From: Candidatus Woesearchaeota archaeon
GTDB lineage: Archaea > Nanobdellota > Nanobdellia > Woesearchaeales > GCA-2687795
Assembly (NCBI GenBank): GCA_002687795.1
Contig: NZBG01000032.1
Span: 1 to 40,706 of the forward strand
Direction of reading: 5' to 3'
DNA: 40,706 nt
Shown: piece after piece, positions 17,753-26,629 of the stretch
Numbering within the stretch: the stretch's first letter is position 1
Layout: each line of letters begins with the position of its first letter
The notes under the pieces: model-generated
What the model was told of the DNA's origin: nothing
Seen by the model: the letters and a program-made list of their open reading frames with translations, nothing else
The model's database searches: none
Made by a program: the position numbers and the translations under genes

Positions 17753-17924
17753 GAGGGCTTTACCCTGCCATAAATGACAGGGATTCAGCCAGCTCTATTT
17801 TTGAGCATCCTAAGAAATTGCGGAGCAATTTCTGGGACACCAAAAATTCCAAAGGAATTTTTTAGTGAATAAGAACGGGCATTCGTCCCCTGCTTAAAAG
17901 TAGGGAATTCCTACCCGTTTTATT
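17753..17924. repeat. Cluster of nested palindromes (REP/MITE-like, IS200/IS605-end-like hairpins)
   Basis: CCCTGCCA-TAAA-TGACAGGG (17763-17782); AGAAATTGC-GGA-GCAATTTCT (17813-17833); AAAAATTCC-AAA-GGAATTTTT (17842-17862); AATAAGAACGGG...CCCGTTTTATT enclosing CCCTGCTTAAAAGTAGGG. Confidence 0.8.
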
Positions 17925-17966
17925 TAATCTAAAAATATATATATAACAAAGAATTAACATAAAGTT

Positions 17967-19088
17967 ATGCAGGCCTTAGCAATAACATCAAAAGGAATGG
18001 AAGATATCGCAGCATTAGAGATAAAGGAACTGATTAAAGCAGAGAGCAGTGTGAAGGAGTCCTGCGTGATGTTTGAGCCTAAGAAACTGGAGGATTTATG
18101 CACTTTGTGCTATAAGGCACAGTCAGTTTCAAGGATTTTGGTTCTGTTCCATCATTTTAAGTTTAAAGATAAGGCTGATTTACTTAAGAAGATTAATCTT
18201 GAAAAGATTGATTATAACAAATGGCTTGATAAAAAGAACACATTCAAGATAGAATGCGAAAGGCTTGGAAAACATAACTTCTCAAGCCAGGAGATTGAGC
18301 AGGAGATAGGGGAACTTATTTCTGTTAAGAATAAGGTTGAGCTAAAGAACCCTGATATTACATTTTATGCTTATATTTTTGATAAAGAGCTTTATTTTGG
18401 GATAGATTTCTCAGGGTTTGAGCTAAGCAAAAGGCATTACAAGATATTTAACCATCCCAATGATATCAAGGGCCATATTGCTTATGTGTTGGTAAGGCTT
18501 AGCGGGTTTAAAGTTGGGGATGTTCTTTTAGACCCTTTCTGCAAGACAGGGGTTATAGCAATTGAGGCAGCATTATTTGCTTCAGGTTTTCCTGTTAATT
18601 ATTTTAGCAAGGATAAGTTTGGGTTTTTGAAGTTAAAGCCTATAAAGAAGTTTAATTTTGATACGGTTGACAAGAAAACAAAGAAAATTAAAAAACATAT
18701 ATTCGGTTATGAAAAATCATCCTTTTACACACAGTCTGCTAAGAAGAATGCTAAGATTGCAGGCGTTAATGATATGGCTGAGTTCTCCAGCAATGATGTT
18801 GAATGGGTTGATACGCACTTTAAAGAAAAGGAAGTGAACAGGATAGTTACATATCCTCCTATACTTTCTAAGAAGAGCAATAAGAATGAGATATTAAAGC
18901 TTTACCAGGAGCTGTTCTATCAGGCTAATTATTGTTTGGCTAAGGATGGAAGGATAGTTGTCCTGACTAAAGATATTGAGCTGTTTAAGGAGAAAGCTAA
19001 GGGGTATAAGTTTAAGGTTGTTGAGGAGAGGAAGGTTTGGATAGGGGAGATGGTTATGGACATTGTTGTGTTTGGAAAAGGTTTATAA
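17967..19088 (+). CDS. THUMP-domain RNA methyltransferase (Trm14/RlmL-like)
   Basis: N-terminal 'T.KGMEDIAALEI', THUMP 'G.HNFSSQEIE..IG', 'ID.SG.EL.KR.Y', 'LLDPFC.TG.IAIEAA'. Confidence 0.85.
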   Translation: MQALAITSKGMEDIAALEIKELIKAESSVKESCVMFEPKKLEDLCTLCYKAQSVSRILVLFHHFKFKDKADLLKKINLEKIDYNKWLDKKNTFKIECERLGKHNFSSQEIEQEIGELISVKNKVELKNPDITFYAYIFDKELYFGIDFSGFELSKRHYKIFNHPNDIKGHIAYVLVRLSGFKVGDVLLDPFCKTGVIAIEAALFASGFPVNYFSKDKFGFLKLKPIKKFNFDTVDKKTKKIKKHIFGYEKSSFYTQSAKKNAKIAGVNDMAEFSSNDVEWVDTHFKEKEVNRIVTYPPILSKKSNKNEILKLYQELFYQANYCLAKDGRIVVLTKDIELFKEKAKGYKFKVVEERKVWIGEMVMDIVVFGKGL

Positions 19089-19122
19089 TATTAGGCTGAT
19101 TATCCTTTCTTAGGCGATACTT

Positions 19123-20226
19123 ATGAATGTTGATGGAAAACACTACAGAACAATCTGGCTGAAAGAAGATGATAATAAGGTTGTTCAGATAATTGATCAA
19201 AGACCTCTCCCGTATGAATTTGTAATTGAAGATCTTAGAACTGTTGATGATGTTGCAGTAGCTATAAAGGATATGCATGTTAGGGGCGCAGGATTAATTG
19301 GGGCAACTGCTGGTTATGGTATGTATATTGCAGCCTTGGAAGCGCCAAAAGAAGGTTTTGATGATTTCTTGAATAAAGCTGGTGAGAAATTAAAAGCAAC
19401 AAGGCCCACTGCTGTTAATCTTGCATGGGCTGTTAAAAGGCAACTTGATGCTGTATCAAAAGGAAGTTCTGTTGATGAAAAAAGAGAAATTGCATTTAAG
19501 GTTGCTAAAGATATTGCTAATGAGGATGCTGAGTATTGCAGAAGAATAGGAGAGCATGGAATGAAGATTATTGAGGAGATAAGCAAGAGAAATAATGGTG
19601 AAGTTGTGAATATCCTCACGCACTGCAATGCTGGCTGGCTTGCGTTTGTTGATTTTGGTTCAGCTACTTCTCCTATCTATGCTGCTTTTGATAAGGGGAT
19701 TAAGGTTCATGTTTATGTGGATGAGACAAGGCCTAGAAATCAGGGTGCAAGGCTTACTGCCTGGGAACTTCTTAACCAGGGGGTGCCTCATACTGTGATA
19801 CCTGATAATGTGGGTGGCCATCTTATGCAGCATGGTATGGTTGATATGGTTATTGTTGGCACTGACAGGACTACTTATACTGGTGATGTTGCTAATAAGA
19901 TTGGAACTTATCTTAAGGCATTGGCAGCAAAGGATAATGATATCCCATTTTATGTAGCGCTTCCTTCCTCAACATTTGACTGGACAAAAGAGGATGGTGT
20001 TAAAGATATTCCTATTGAAGAAAGAGGAGCTGAAGAGGTTAAGTATATCCAAGGATTATGTGAGGGTGAGATTAAGAAGGTTCTTTTAACACCAGAGAAA
20101 AGCCCTGCTACGAATTATGCATTTGATGTGACTCCTGCTAGGTTGGTTACTGGACTCATCACAGAAAGAGGTATATGCAAGGCTGATAAGGATAGTATAT
20201 TAGAACTTTACCCTGAGCATAAATAA
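19123..20226 (+). CDS. mtnA: Methylthioribose-1-phosphate isomerase
   Basis: IIDQR.LP, VRGAGLIG, ATRPTAVNL, LTHCNAGWLA, VDETRPRNQGARLTAWEL, GDVANKIGTY, NYAFDVTP. Confidence 0.93.
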   Translation: MNVDGKHYRTIWLKEDDNKVVQIIDQRPLPYEFVIEDLRTVDDVAVAIKDMHVRGAGLIGATAGYGMYIAALEAPKEGFDDFLNKAGEKLKATRPTAVNLAWAVKRQLDAVSKGSSVDEKREIAFKVAKDIANEDAEYCRRIGEHGMKIIEEISKRNNGEVVNILTHCNAGWLAFVDFGSATSPIYAAFDKGIKVHVYVDETRPRNQGARLTAWELLNQGVPHTVIPDNVGGHLMQHGMVDMVIVGTDRTTYTGDVANKIGTYLKALAAKDNDIPFYVALPSSTFDWTKEDGVKDIPIEERGAEEVKYIQGLCEGEIKKVLLTPEKSPATNYAFDVTPARLVTGLITERGICKADKDSILELYPEHK

Positions 20227-20269
20227 ATACAAGAATATTTATATAATATCATACAAACCTATATCTAAA

Positions 20270-20545
20270 ATGACAAATGTAATAGTAACAATGAAAATCA
20301 TGCCTTCTTCTCCTGATTCAGACTTAAAGGCAATAGAAGAAGAGGCTAAGAAGGAAATCTCTGAGTTTGGCGGTGAGGTTGGCAAGACTGAACAAGAGCC
20401 AATAGCATTTGGGCTAAAAGCGTTAATGCTTTACTTTGTAATGGATGAGAGCCTTGGCTCAACAGAGGATTTAGAGGAAAAGGTTAAGAAGATAAAAGAT
20501 GTTAATTCTGTTGAAGTTCCTGATGTGAGAAGGGCGATAGGTTAA
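20270..20545 (+). CDS. ef1b: Translation elongation factor 1-beta
   Basis: KIMP.SPD.DL, EPIAFGLKAL; 91 aa. Confidence 0.93.
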   Translation: MTNVIVTMKIMPSSPDSDLKAIEEEAKKEISEFGGEVGKTEQEPIAFGLKALMLYFVMDESLGSTEDLEEKVKKIKDVNSVEVPDVRRAIG

Positions 20546-20546
20546 A

Positions 20547-20565
20547 TGTTTAACTGCGTTAAACA
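20547..20565. terminator. Short hairpin between convergent genes, at the left island edge
   Basis: TGTTTAAC-TGC-GTTAAACA right after the ef1b stop. Confidence 0.5.
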
Positions 20566-20608
20566 ACATACAAATACTAAAGAAGAATATTCATAAGATT
20601 AGTTGTTA

Positions 20609-21052
20609 CTATGTTAATTCAGATGTTGCTCGATCTTTCTTTAAATCATGAGAGAATATTAAAGCAATAACTAGAAGTCCTAAAACAAAACAAATATTAC
20701 TTGCCCATGTTAGAATTGTAACTTTATTACTATATTCTTTTATTTTACCTGTAATAATTTCAAGTTCATCCCTTCTTTCTCGCCATTCTGATTGGTCTAT
20801 TTGTCCCATATTGTAGCTTAAATTTGCCATATCTATATTTTTATTTATTACAGCTTCTTTTATTGCCATTAATTTGTACCATTCAGAATATGAATAATCA
20901 TAAACAAAGTCAAAAAGGATTTCATTTTTTTTATCAAATTCTGTTATTATATTTTGATAATCATTATTAGCCAAACCACTAAAGAACTGAGATAAACCAA
21001 ATAATAAAACTAATATAATACCTAAGACTTCTGTTTTATTCTTTTTGTTCAT
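20609..21052 (-). CDS. Two-TM hypothetical membrane protein
   Basis: Hydrophobic N- and C-terminal segments flanking a helical loop; TATA upstream. Confidence 0.65.
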   Translation of the reverse strand: MNKKNKTEVLGIILVLLFGLSQFFSGLANNDYQNIITEFDKKNEILFDFVYDYSYSEWYKLMAIKEAVINKNIDMANLSYNMGQIDQSEWRERRDELEIITGKIKEYSNKVTILTWASNICFVLGLLVIALIFSHDLKKDRATSELT

Positions 21053-21144
21053 AATATCATATGAGACAAAGCTTATATAAATAAAATTAGCTTTTGTAGT
21101 ATATGATTGTAGTATGTGGCGTTTGTCATAAGAAGATACATAAT

Positions 21145-21426
21145 TTAACTTAGATTGTACGGAGCTTTGGCAATATAAAAACCGATTATCGAGCCCATAA
21201 AACCTATTAGATATTCTGGTATAGATCTACTTTTAAATAGCAATAACAAGAAAGTGATAGTAATAAGAACACAAATAATATTCCCTACAACATAATGCAA
21301 TTTTGTTAATATAGGTTTTGGTCCTAATAGGTTTTTATCATCAAAAGAAATAGTATCTATGTTTCCTGTTTCCTCAAAATCTTCTATATCATTAATCTTT
21401 TTTTTCTCGGAGATATTTTCTATCAT
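21145..21426 (-). CDS. Small two-TM membrane protein
   Basis: Acidic N-terminus then two TMs ending in 'GSIIGFY'; 6 nt downstream of the RHH gene. Confidence 0.65.
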   Translation of the reverse strand: MIENISEKKKINDIEDFEETGNIDTISFDDKNLLGPKPILTKLHYVVGNIICVLITITFLLLLFKSRSIPEYLIGFMGSIIGFYIAKAPYNLS

Positions 21427-21432
21427 TTAAGT

Positions 21433-21645
21433 TTACCTAAGAGTCAAAACACGTGTTTCTTTATTTGACTTAGGATCTCTAATAATTATTTCATTCCCTT
21501 TTTCTTTTTGAAGTTCAAGGAATTTTGTTACAGAAAGACTGGCCCTAATGACTTCAGTTATTGTTGAAGCATCTAACTTACCTTTCAATTCTTCGAGTTC
21601 TTTTTGAGCTTTGGAACTTAGTTCTATATGTATTTTTTTTGCCAT
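21433..21645 (-). CDS. Ribbon-helix-helix (CopG-like) DNA-binding protein
   Basis: 'KIHIELS....KELEELK......TITEVIRASL'; SD AGGAGG upstream of ATG 21645. Confidence 0.7.
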   Translation of the reverse strand: MAKKIHIELSSKAQKELEELKGKLDASTITEVIRASLSVTKFLELQKEKGNEIIIRDPKSNKETRVLTLR

Positions 21646-21862
21646 TTGGTCCAACCTCCTTTTTATATTTAAAAATAATATAATCCTTAGTATTTAAATA
21701 TGTTTGTATTTAAGCTATTAATGGGAGGGAATAACTACATAGTCAATACATTTAATATACATAATTAACCCCCACAATATACTAAGAAGGGGGTAAAATA
21801 TATAAACTTATTTGTTTTAAACTATAATAATTTTAGCTTATTAAATTATATATCAAATAAGA

Positions 21863-22681
21863 ATGAAGTCTGATAAAGAATTATTGAAAGCGGAGGAAGA
21901 AATAAAGAGGCTCTTAAGTGAGATTGAACATGCTTTGGGCCATGGATTAATCATTTTAGTCTATAATCCTTTAGAAAGTGGAGGCGAAATTATCCCAGGA
22001 GATAGTGATAAAATCTTTTCCTTCTTATATGGATTAAATATTCAACAAGCAGTAGTTATTATTGATGGTCCAGGAGGAAATTTTAATGAAGGAATACATA
22101 TCTCAAATATTTTTAGGAATAAGTTATCAACATACAAAACAGTTGTGCCTCTTATTTGTGGGTCTTCATTATGTTTTACAGTATTAAAATCCGACATGTT
22201 AATTCTTTTGAAAGGAGGGATAATCACACAAATAGATCCCTGCTTTGAGTATAATGGAAAGATTCTTAGAGCTATTCAACACTTGAAGGATAATGATCCA
22301 GTTATCAAAGATAAAGCTAGGGAAATTCTCAGATATGCAGAAGAACAAATTCTTAAATTAATTGGAGAAAAACCATCTTTATTCAAACATAAAAAACATG
22401 ATTTTGGATCGATAGAACATGAAAATATCGTGGAAGGCTTAATGAACAGAAAAGAACATTGTGATGAAGTAGAAAGTATTGCATTCCAATATATCCCCTT
22501 TAAAGTTCATTTTAATGATGATAAAAATTTAGCCTCTCTTTCTAAAGAGCTTATAAAGGCTATTCAAAATTATTTAATTGATACAAAAAGAAGATTCTGC
22601 TTAGGATGCAATTATGAAACAGAGGTTTTTGATGGAATAACTAAATCGACAAGGAAGGGGAAGTTGTTGTTTTCTCCTTAA
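21863..22681 (+). CDS. Divergent ClpP-class (SDH/S49-like) serine protease
   Basis: 'VIIDGPGG', 'TVVP..CGSS....L.SD...L......TQIDP' match the SPGG / VP..A.SA / GPIDP pattern. Confidence 0.65.
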   Translation: MKSDKELLKAEEEIKRLLSEIEHALGHGLIILVYNPLESGGEIIPGDSDKIFSFLYGLNIQQAVVIIDGPGGNFNEGIHISNIFRNKLSTYKTVVPLICGSSLCFTVLKSDMLILLKGGIITQIDPCFEYNGKILRAIQHLKDNDPVIKDKAREILRYAEEQILKLIGEKPSLFKHKKHDFGSIEHENIVEGLMNRKEHCDEVESIAFQYIPFKVHFNDDKNLASLSKELIKAIQNYLIDTKRRFCLGCNYETEVFDGITKSTRKGKLLFSP

Positions 22682-22956
22682 CTATTCAATGATTTGAGAT
22701 GAAAGAAAAAGAATGAAGCTAATTTATTTACCCTGCTCACCGCTTTTGTTTAACATAATGCAGCTATACTGTTCTCATCTGAACTCAAATTACTGATAAA
22801 TGTGTTTATTAAATTAGCGTCACTCAGATTCTTCTAATTTGTCTATACATGATGGATGTACCTTACAAAAATGGAGAATTAATTCACCAATAAAAGTAAT
22901 AATCACAAATATTGCTGAAAATCCAACTAAAAATAGAATATAATTAAACAATGTCT

Positions 22957-23201
22957 GCTTTAATAACCATTCTTGTCTTTTATTTCTCTTCCTGGATAGG
23001 ATTGTTGGTTCTATTTGTGAGCACAGCTGTTGGCCTAATACCTTCTTTAGTTGGTGTTAAGAAAAGCCTTACGATGGGTTGTTTGTTGCTGCCTGTGATA
23101 TTGTTTTTTGTGCTTTAGAATTCATTTCAAACTCAACACATTAGAATGCACAACAATCGCTCTGTCTCTAGTGGTCTTGAACTTGATTGAGGCTGGTGAC
23201 A
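22957..23201. repeat. 245-bp diverged direct copy of 24323-24567 (3' ends of tctA-like gene and convergent surface-protein gene)
   Basis: Ungapped alignment, offset 1366; about 21 mismatches by hand count (~91% identity). Confidence 0.95.
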
Positions 23202-23269
23202 ATACAAATTTGCTAAATATATACCCAATCCCATAAAAGCATTTAATTATCCCCTGAATTCTCTCAGAA

Positions 23270-24484
23270 ATGCTCTTTTTAGAGTTTTTAACAGCAATAA
23301 TGCTTGGCATTAGCTTTGGGATAATCACAGGCTTAATCCCGGGCATCCATGTTAACCTTATTTCCATAATCCTTCTGGGCCTGTCCAGTTATCTGTTAGG
23401 GTTTGTCTCAGCCATTACCGTCTGCATCTTCATAGTTGCAATGGCTATCACACATACTTTTCTTGATGCTTTGCCAAGCATTTTCCTGGGATCTCCTGAC
23501 CCTGGCACTGCATTATCTGTCTTGCCTGGGCATGCTCTCCTGTTGAGAGGAATGGGTTATGAGGCGGTAAGGTTAACAGTAATTGGAAGCTTTCTGTCAT
23601 TACTGGTTACTCTTTTGTGCATCCCTTTCCTGATACCTGTTGTGCCAAAGATCTATGGTTTTATCCAGCCTTATATTGGATATATACTGATAGCGGTTGT
23701 GGTTTATGTTATATTGACTGGAAAGACTAAGGAAAAGATCTTTTATAGCAGCTTTGTTTTTATTTTGTCCGGTATTTTAGGGCAGATTGTGTTTGGCATT
23801 CCTAATATAAAGCAGCCCTTGTTTCCCATGCTTTCAGGAATGTTTGGGGTAAGCATCTTATTAATCTCTTTATCAAACAAAGTGGATATCCCAAAGCAAA
23901 GGGTAACAGAGATGATTAAGGTTAGCAAGCTTAACAAGATAAAGGCTATCGGCGCTGCTGTGTTCTCAGGCTCTTTGACAGCATTGTTTCCAGGCCTTGG
24001 AGCTGCCCAGGCAGCTATCATTGCAATGGCTATTGTTGGAAAGATTGGAACCTACAGCTTTCTTATCCTTATTGGCGGCATCAACACAGTAAACTTCTTA
24101 TTTTCTTTAGTAACATTATACACATTGAACAAAGCCAGAAACGGAGCTGTTGTAGCTGTGCTTGAGATAGTTAAAAGCATTAGCCTAAGTGAATTATTAG
24201 TTTTATTATGCGCTGCTTTAATAGCAGGCTGTGTTGCTGCATTCTTAGCATTAAGGATTGGCAGGGTTTTTTCCAGGCTGGTGACAAAGGTAAAATATTC
24301 CTATCTCTGCATCTCAATAATAGCTTTAATAACCATTCTTGTTTTTTATTTCTCTTCCTGGATAGGATTGTTGGTCTTATTTGTGAGCACAGCTATTGGC
24401 CTGATACCTTCTTTGGTTGGCGTTAAGAAAAGCCTTGCAATGGGCTGTTTGCTGCTGCCGGTGATATTATTTTTTGTGCTTTAG
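23270..24484 (+). CDS. TctA/DUF112-family tripartite tricarboxylate transporter-like permease
   Basis: GIITGLIPGIHVN, HTFLD..PSIFLG.PD, LPGH, KARNG; many TMs. Confidence 0.85.
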   Translation: MLFLEFLTAIMLGISFGIITGLIPGIHVNLISIILLGLSSYLLGFVSAITVCIFIVAMAITHTFLDALPSIFLGSPDPGTALSVLPGHALLLRGMGYEAVRLTVIGSFLSLLVTLLCIPFLIPVVPKIYGFIQPYIGYILIAVVVYVILTGKTKEKIFYSSFVFILSGILGQIVFGIPNIKQPLFPMLSGMFGVSILLISLSNKVDIPKQRVTEMIKVSKLNKIKAIGAAVFSGSLTALFPGLGAAQAAIIAMAIVGKIGTYSFLILIGGINTVNFLFSLVTLYTLNKARNGAVVAVLEIVKSISLSELLVLLCAALIAGCVAAFLALRIGRVFSRLVTKVKYSYLCISIIALITILVFYFSSWIGLLVLFVSTAIGLIPSLVGVKKSLAMGCLLLPVILFFVL

Positions 24485-24487
24485 AAC

Positions 24488-25924
24488 TTATTTCAAACTC
24501 AACACATTAGAATGCACAACAATCGCCCTGCCTCTGGTGGTCTTGAACTTGATTGAAGCTGGCGGCAGCGCGAACCTGCCAACTATGCTTAGCTTTGATT
24601 TGATCCTATAAGTGATTATCCTCTCTTCATTCTCCTCCAAAGAATCTATATCCCATGCAATAATAGTTCCCCTTCCCTCATGCTTTGTTACCTTGCTTGG
24701 CTGGATAGTGCCTATCTTAAACTCTCTCTCAATCTGTATTATATTGGGAATTTTGTCAACAACCTTAATATTGCTGATAGGTTTCTTGTTTCTGTTCTTA
24801 ACCGTTAACATTAGGTTTAGCTCTGAGATTCCATCATGCTTTTTCTTAATCTCCCTTACAGTTTTTAATACAATGAGCGGGCTCCTAAAACCATAATAAG
24901 AAAGAACTCCTACAGTCACCAAAATAATAATCAAGAGCAGAGGTATATAGTTGGTTGTAACGTTTATTGTAACAGAGCCTTGCGCAGGCATGTTAAGCTT
25001 CCATCCAAGGTAAAGCTCTTCCTCTTTAATAACAACTGCTTTAGGTTTTGAAAAAACAAACAATCTCTCGAAAATGTTTGTTTTAATCCTATAAACCTCT
25101 TTACTTTCAGTATTGCTTGGATTAGTTAGTGTAATAACCTGTTTAGTTCTTAATAACCCTTTGTCAGTCTTTACCTCTTCAATGAAAGGCTCAGTATAAC
25201 CTATTACCTGATATTCTTTAACAACTGTAAAGGTTTTATTCTGCACAGACACGGTGGTTATCAATGAATCATTCATAGGTGGATGAAAAGGGTCAAGCAC
25301 AACTGTAAACTCTTCTATTTTCCTCTGCAAAGGCTCTAAAGCAATGCCTGACTTCTGCCCATCAACCAATTCGCTTTTAAGCATTAAGCTCAAATCCCCA
25401 ATGTTCAGCAGATTCTTATTTTTAAGGCTGATCTTGATAACCTGCTTTTGCCTGGGGTCCAGCTTACCATCATTTGGTATATCCACTGTTACAAGAACAT
25501 CCGGCTTAAACTCTGCCTGATGGTATTCCCCGGAAACCAGGTTTAGGTTCAGTATCTTTCTTACCTCTTCATCGGTTTTCTCGGATTCAATAACAAGCTT
25601 GATTTGGTATCTTCCCGGCCAGACCTTTTCAGTGGGATATACTTTTAAGATGGTTGAGACCTCTGAATTTGGTTGAACCAAAATCCCAGATAATCTGTGT
25701 GACTGGGGGCTGGTTTGTACACTCCATAAAGAGAAATCTGGGAGAATTATCCTATACCTGTTTTCATATTCAAGGTTATTTCTTACTGTGACCTTATATT
25801 CTGCGCCTTCGTTAACGAAGATGGTGGTCTTTATTGGCTCTACCTCTATATCAAACCCGTACGCAGAAACATAAAAGGAGCTTAATATAAGTATAACCGC
25901 AAATAAAAGACTTCTTCTTAACAC
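24488..25924 (-). CDS. Secreted/membrane-anchored multi-beta-sandwich protein
   Basis: GTG start with SD GAGGTG, signal peptide, Ig-like modules, TM, C-terminal 'WDIDSL...EERIITY' domain. Confidence 0.7.
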   Translation of the reverse strand: MLRRSLLFAVILILSSFYVSAYGFDIEVEPIKTTIFVNEGAEYKVTVRNNLEYENRYRIILPDFSLWSVQTSPQSHRLSGILVQPNSEVSTILKVYPTEKVWPGRYQIKLVIESEKTDEEVRKILNLNLVSGEYHQAEFKPDVLVTVDIPNDGKLDPRQKQVIKISLKNKNLLNIGDLSLMLKSELVDGQKSGIALEPLQRKIEEFTVVLDPFHPPMNDSLITTVSVQNKTFTVVKEYQVIGYTEPFIEEVKTDKGLLRTKQVITLTNPSNTESKEVYRIKTNIFERLFVFSKPKAVVIKEEELYLGWKLNMPAQGSVTINVTTNYIPLLLIIILVTVGVLSYYGFRSPLIVLKTVREIKKKHDGISELNLMLTVKNRNKKPISNIKVVDKIPNIIQIEREFKIGTIQPSKVTKHEGRGTIIAWDIDSLEENEERIITYRIKSKLSIVGRFALPPASIKFKTTRGRAIVVHSNVLSLK

Positions 25925-26031
25925 AAGTTACCACCTCTGGTTTACATGGCTTGGTTTACTGGTATTTAAAGGTTTTGAATTGGTTTGTCTAAATGATAAA
26001 TTTTATAAGCTGTATATGTTTTTAATGGAAT

Positions 26032-26628
26032 ATGGCTAAGAAAAAGCAGAAAAAGAAAGAAGCCCAGGAAAAAGATACTGATAAGGCTAAAGAAGAGAAA
26101 AAGCCGGATATAAAAGCATCTCTTTCAAAAGAAAGGGTGTTAACAGAGGCTTCTGATGAGGCCAGAGAGCTTTATAACCAGAGCAGGTATGGCACTGTTG
26201 TGGAAGATGGCAAGGTGCAATTATCGCTTTTAGAGGCTTTATACTTAATGGAAAAGGGCAGGCTTAAGGTGCTTGATGGCAGAAACAAGGAAATAAGTTC
26301 TGAGAAGTTCTTAAAGAACGCACAGAAGCTGGAACCTAATTTCTGGGTTAGGTATAGCGTGTTTAAGGATATAAGAAACAGGGGCTATATAATCAAGACT
26401 GCATTAAAGTTTGGCGCTGATTTCAGGGTTTATGATAGGGGTGTTAAGCCAGGTGAGGACCATGCAAAATGGGTTGTTTATCCTGTGCACGAAAGCTCAA
26501 CTGTCACATGGTATGAGTTTGCTGCTAAGAACAGGGTTGCTCATTCAACTAAGAAGAGGCTGTTGATAGGGATTGTTGATGAGGAGGCTGACGTAACATA
26601 TTATGAGATAAGGTGGTTAAGGCCTTGA
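26032..26628 (+). CDS. endA: tRNA-intron endonuclease, catalytic subunit
   Basis: LSLLEALYL, RGY.IKTALKFGADFRVY, HA, RVAHSTKK (Tyr/His/Lys triad). Confidence 0.93.
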   Translation: MAKKKQKKKEAQEKDTDKAKEEKKPDIKASLSKERVLTEASDEARELYNQSRYGTVVEDGKVQLSLLEALYLMEKGRLKVLDGRNKEISSEKFLKNAQKLEPNFWVRYSVFKDIRNRGYIIKTALKFGADFRVYDRGVKPGEDHAKWVVYPVHESSTVTWYEFAAKNRVAHSTKKRLLIGIVDEEADVTYYEIRWLRP

Positions 26629-26629
26629 A

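Larger units (their letters stand above)
20566..22956. other. Low-GC accessory island without integrase
   Basis: Visibly more AT-rich sequence with different codon usage and long intergenic gaps; bounded by ef1b and the 245-bp duplicated segment. Confidence 0.6.

Noticed and set aside
19123-20226. Ribose-1,5-bisphosphate isomerase or aIF-2B subunit
   Set aside because: DQR.LP, HCNAGWLA and QGARLTAWEL plus the ~365-aa length fit MtnA better.
20566-22956. Provirus or tRNA-targeted integrative element
   Set aside because: No integrase, att-like flanking direct repeat, tRNA boundary or viral structural gene.
23122-23367. 81-aa minus-strand ORF ending like the surface protein
   Set aside because: Chimera of tctA antisense, intergenic DNA and the duplicated 3' fragment; unlikely to be a real gene.
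22957-24567. Diversity-generating retroelement TR/VR pair
   Set aside because: Mismatches are bidirectional transitions at mostly synonymous sites rather than adenine-specific; the repeat spans two convergent genes; no reverse transcriptase in the window.
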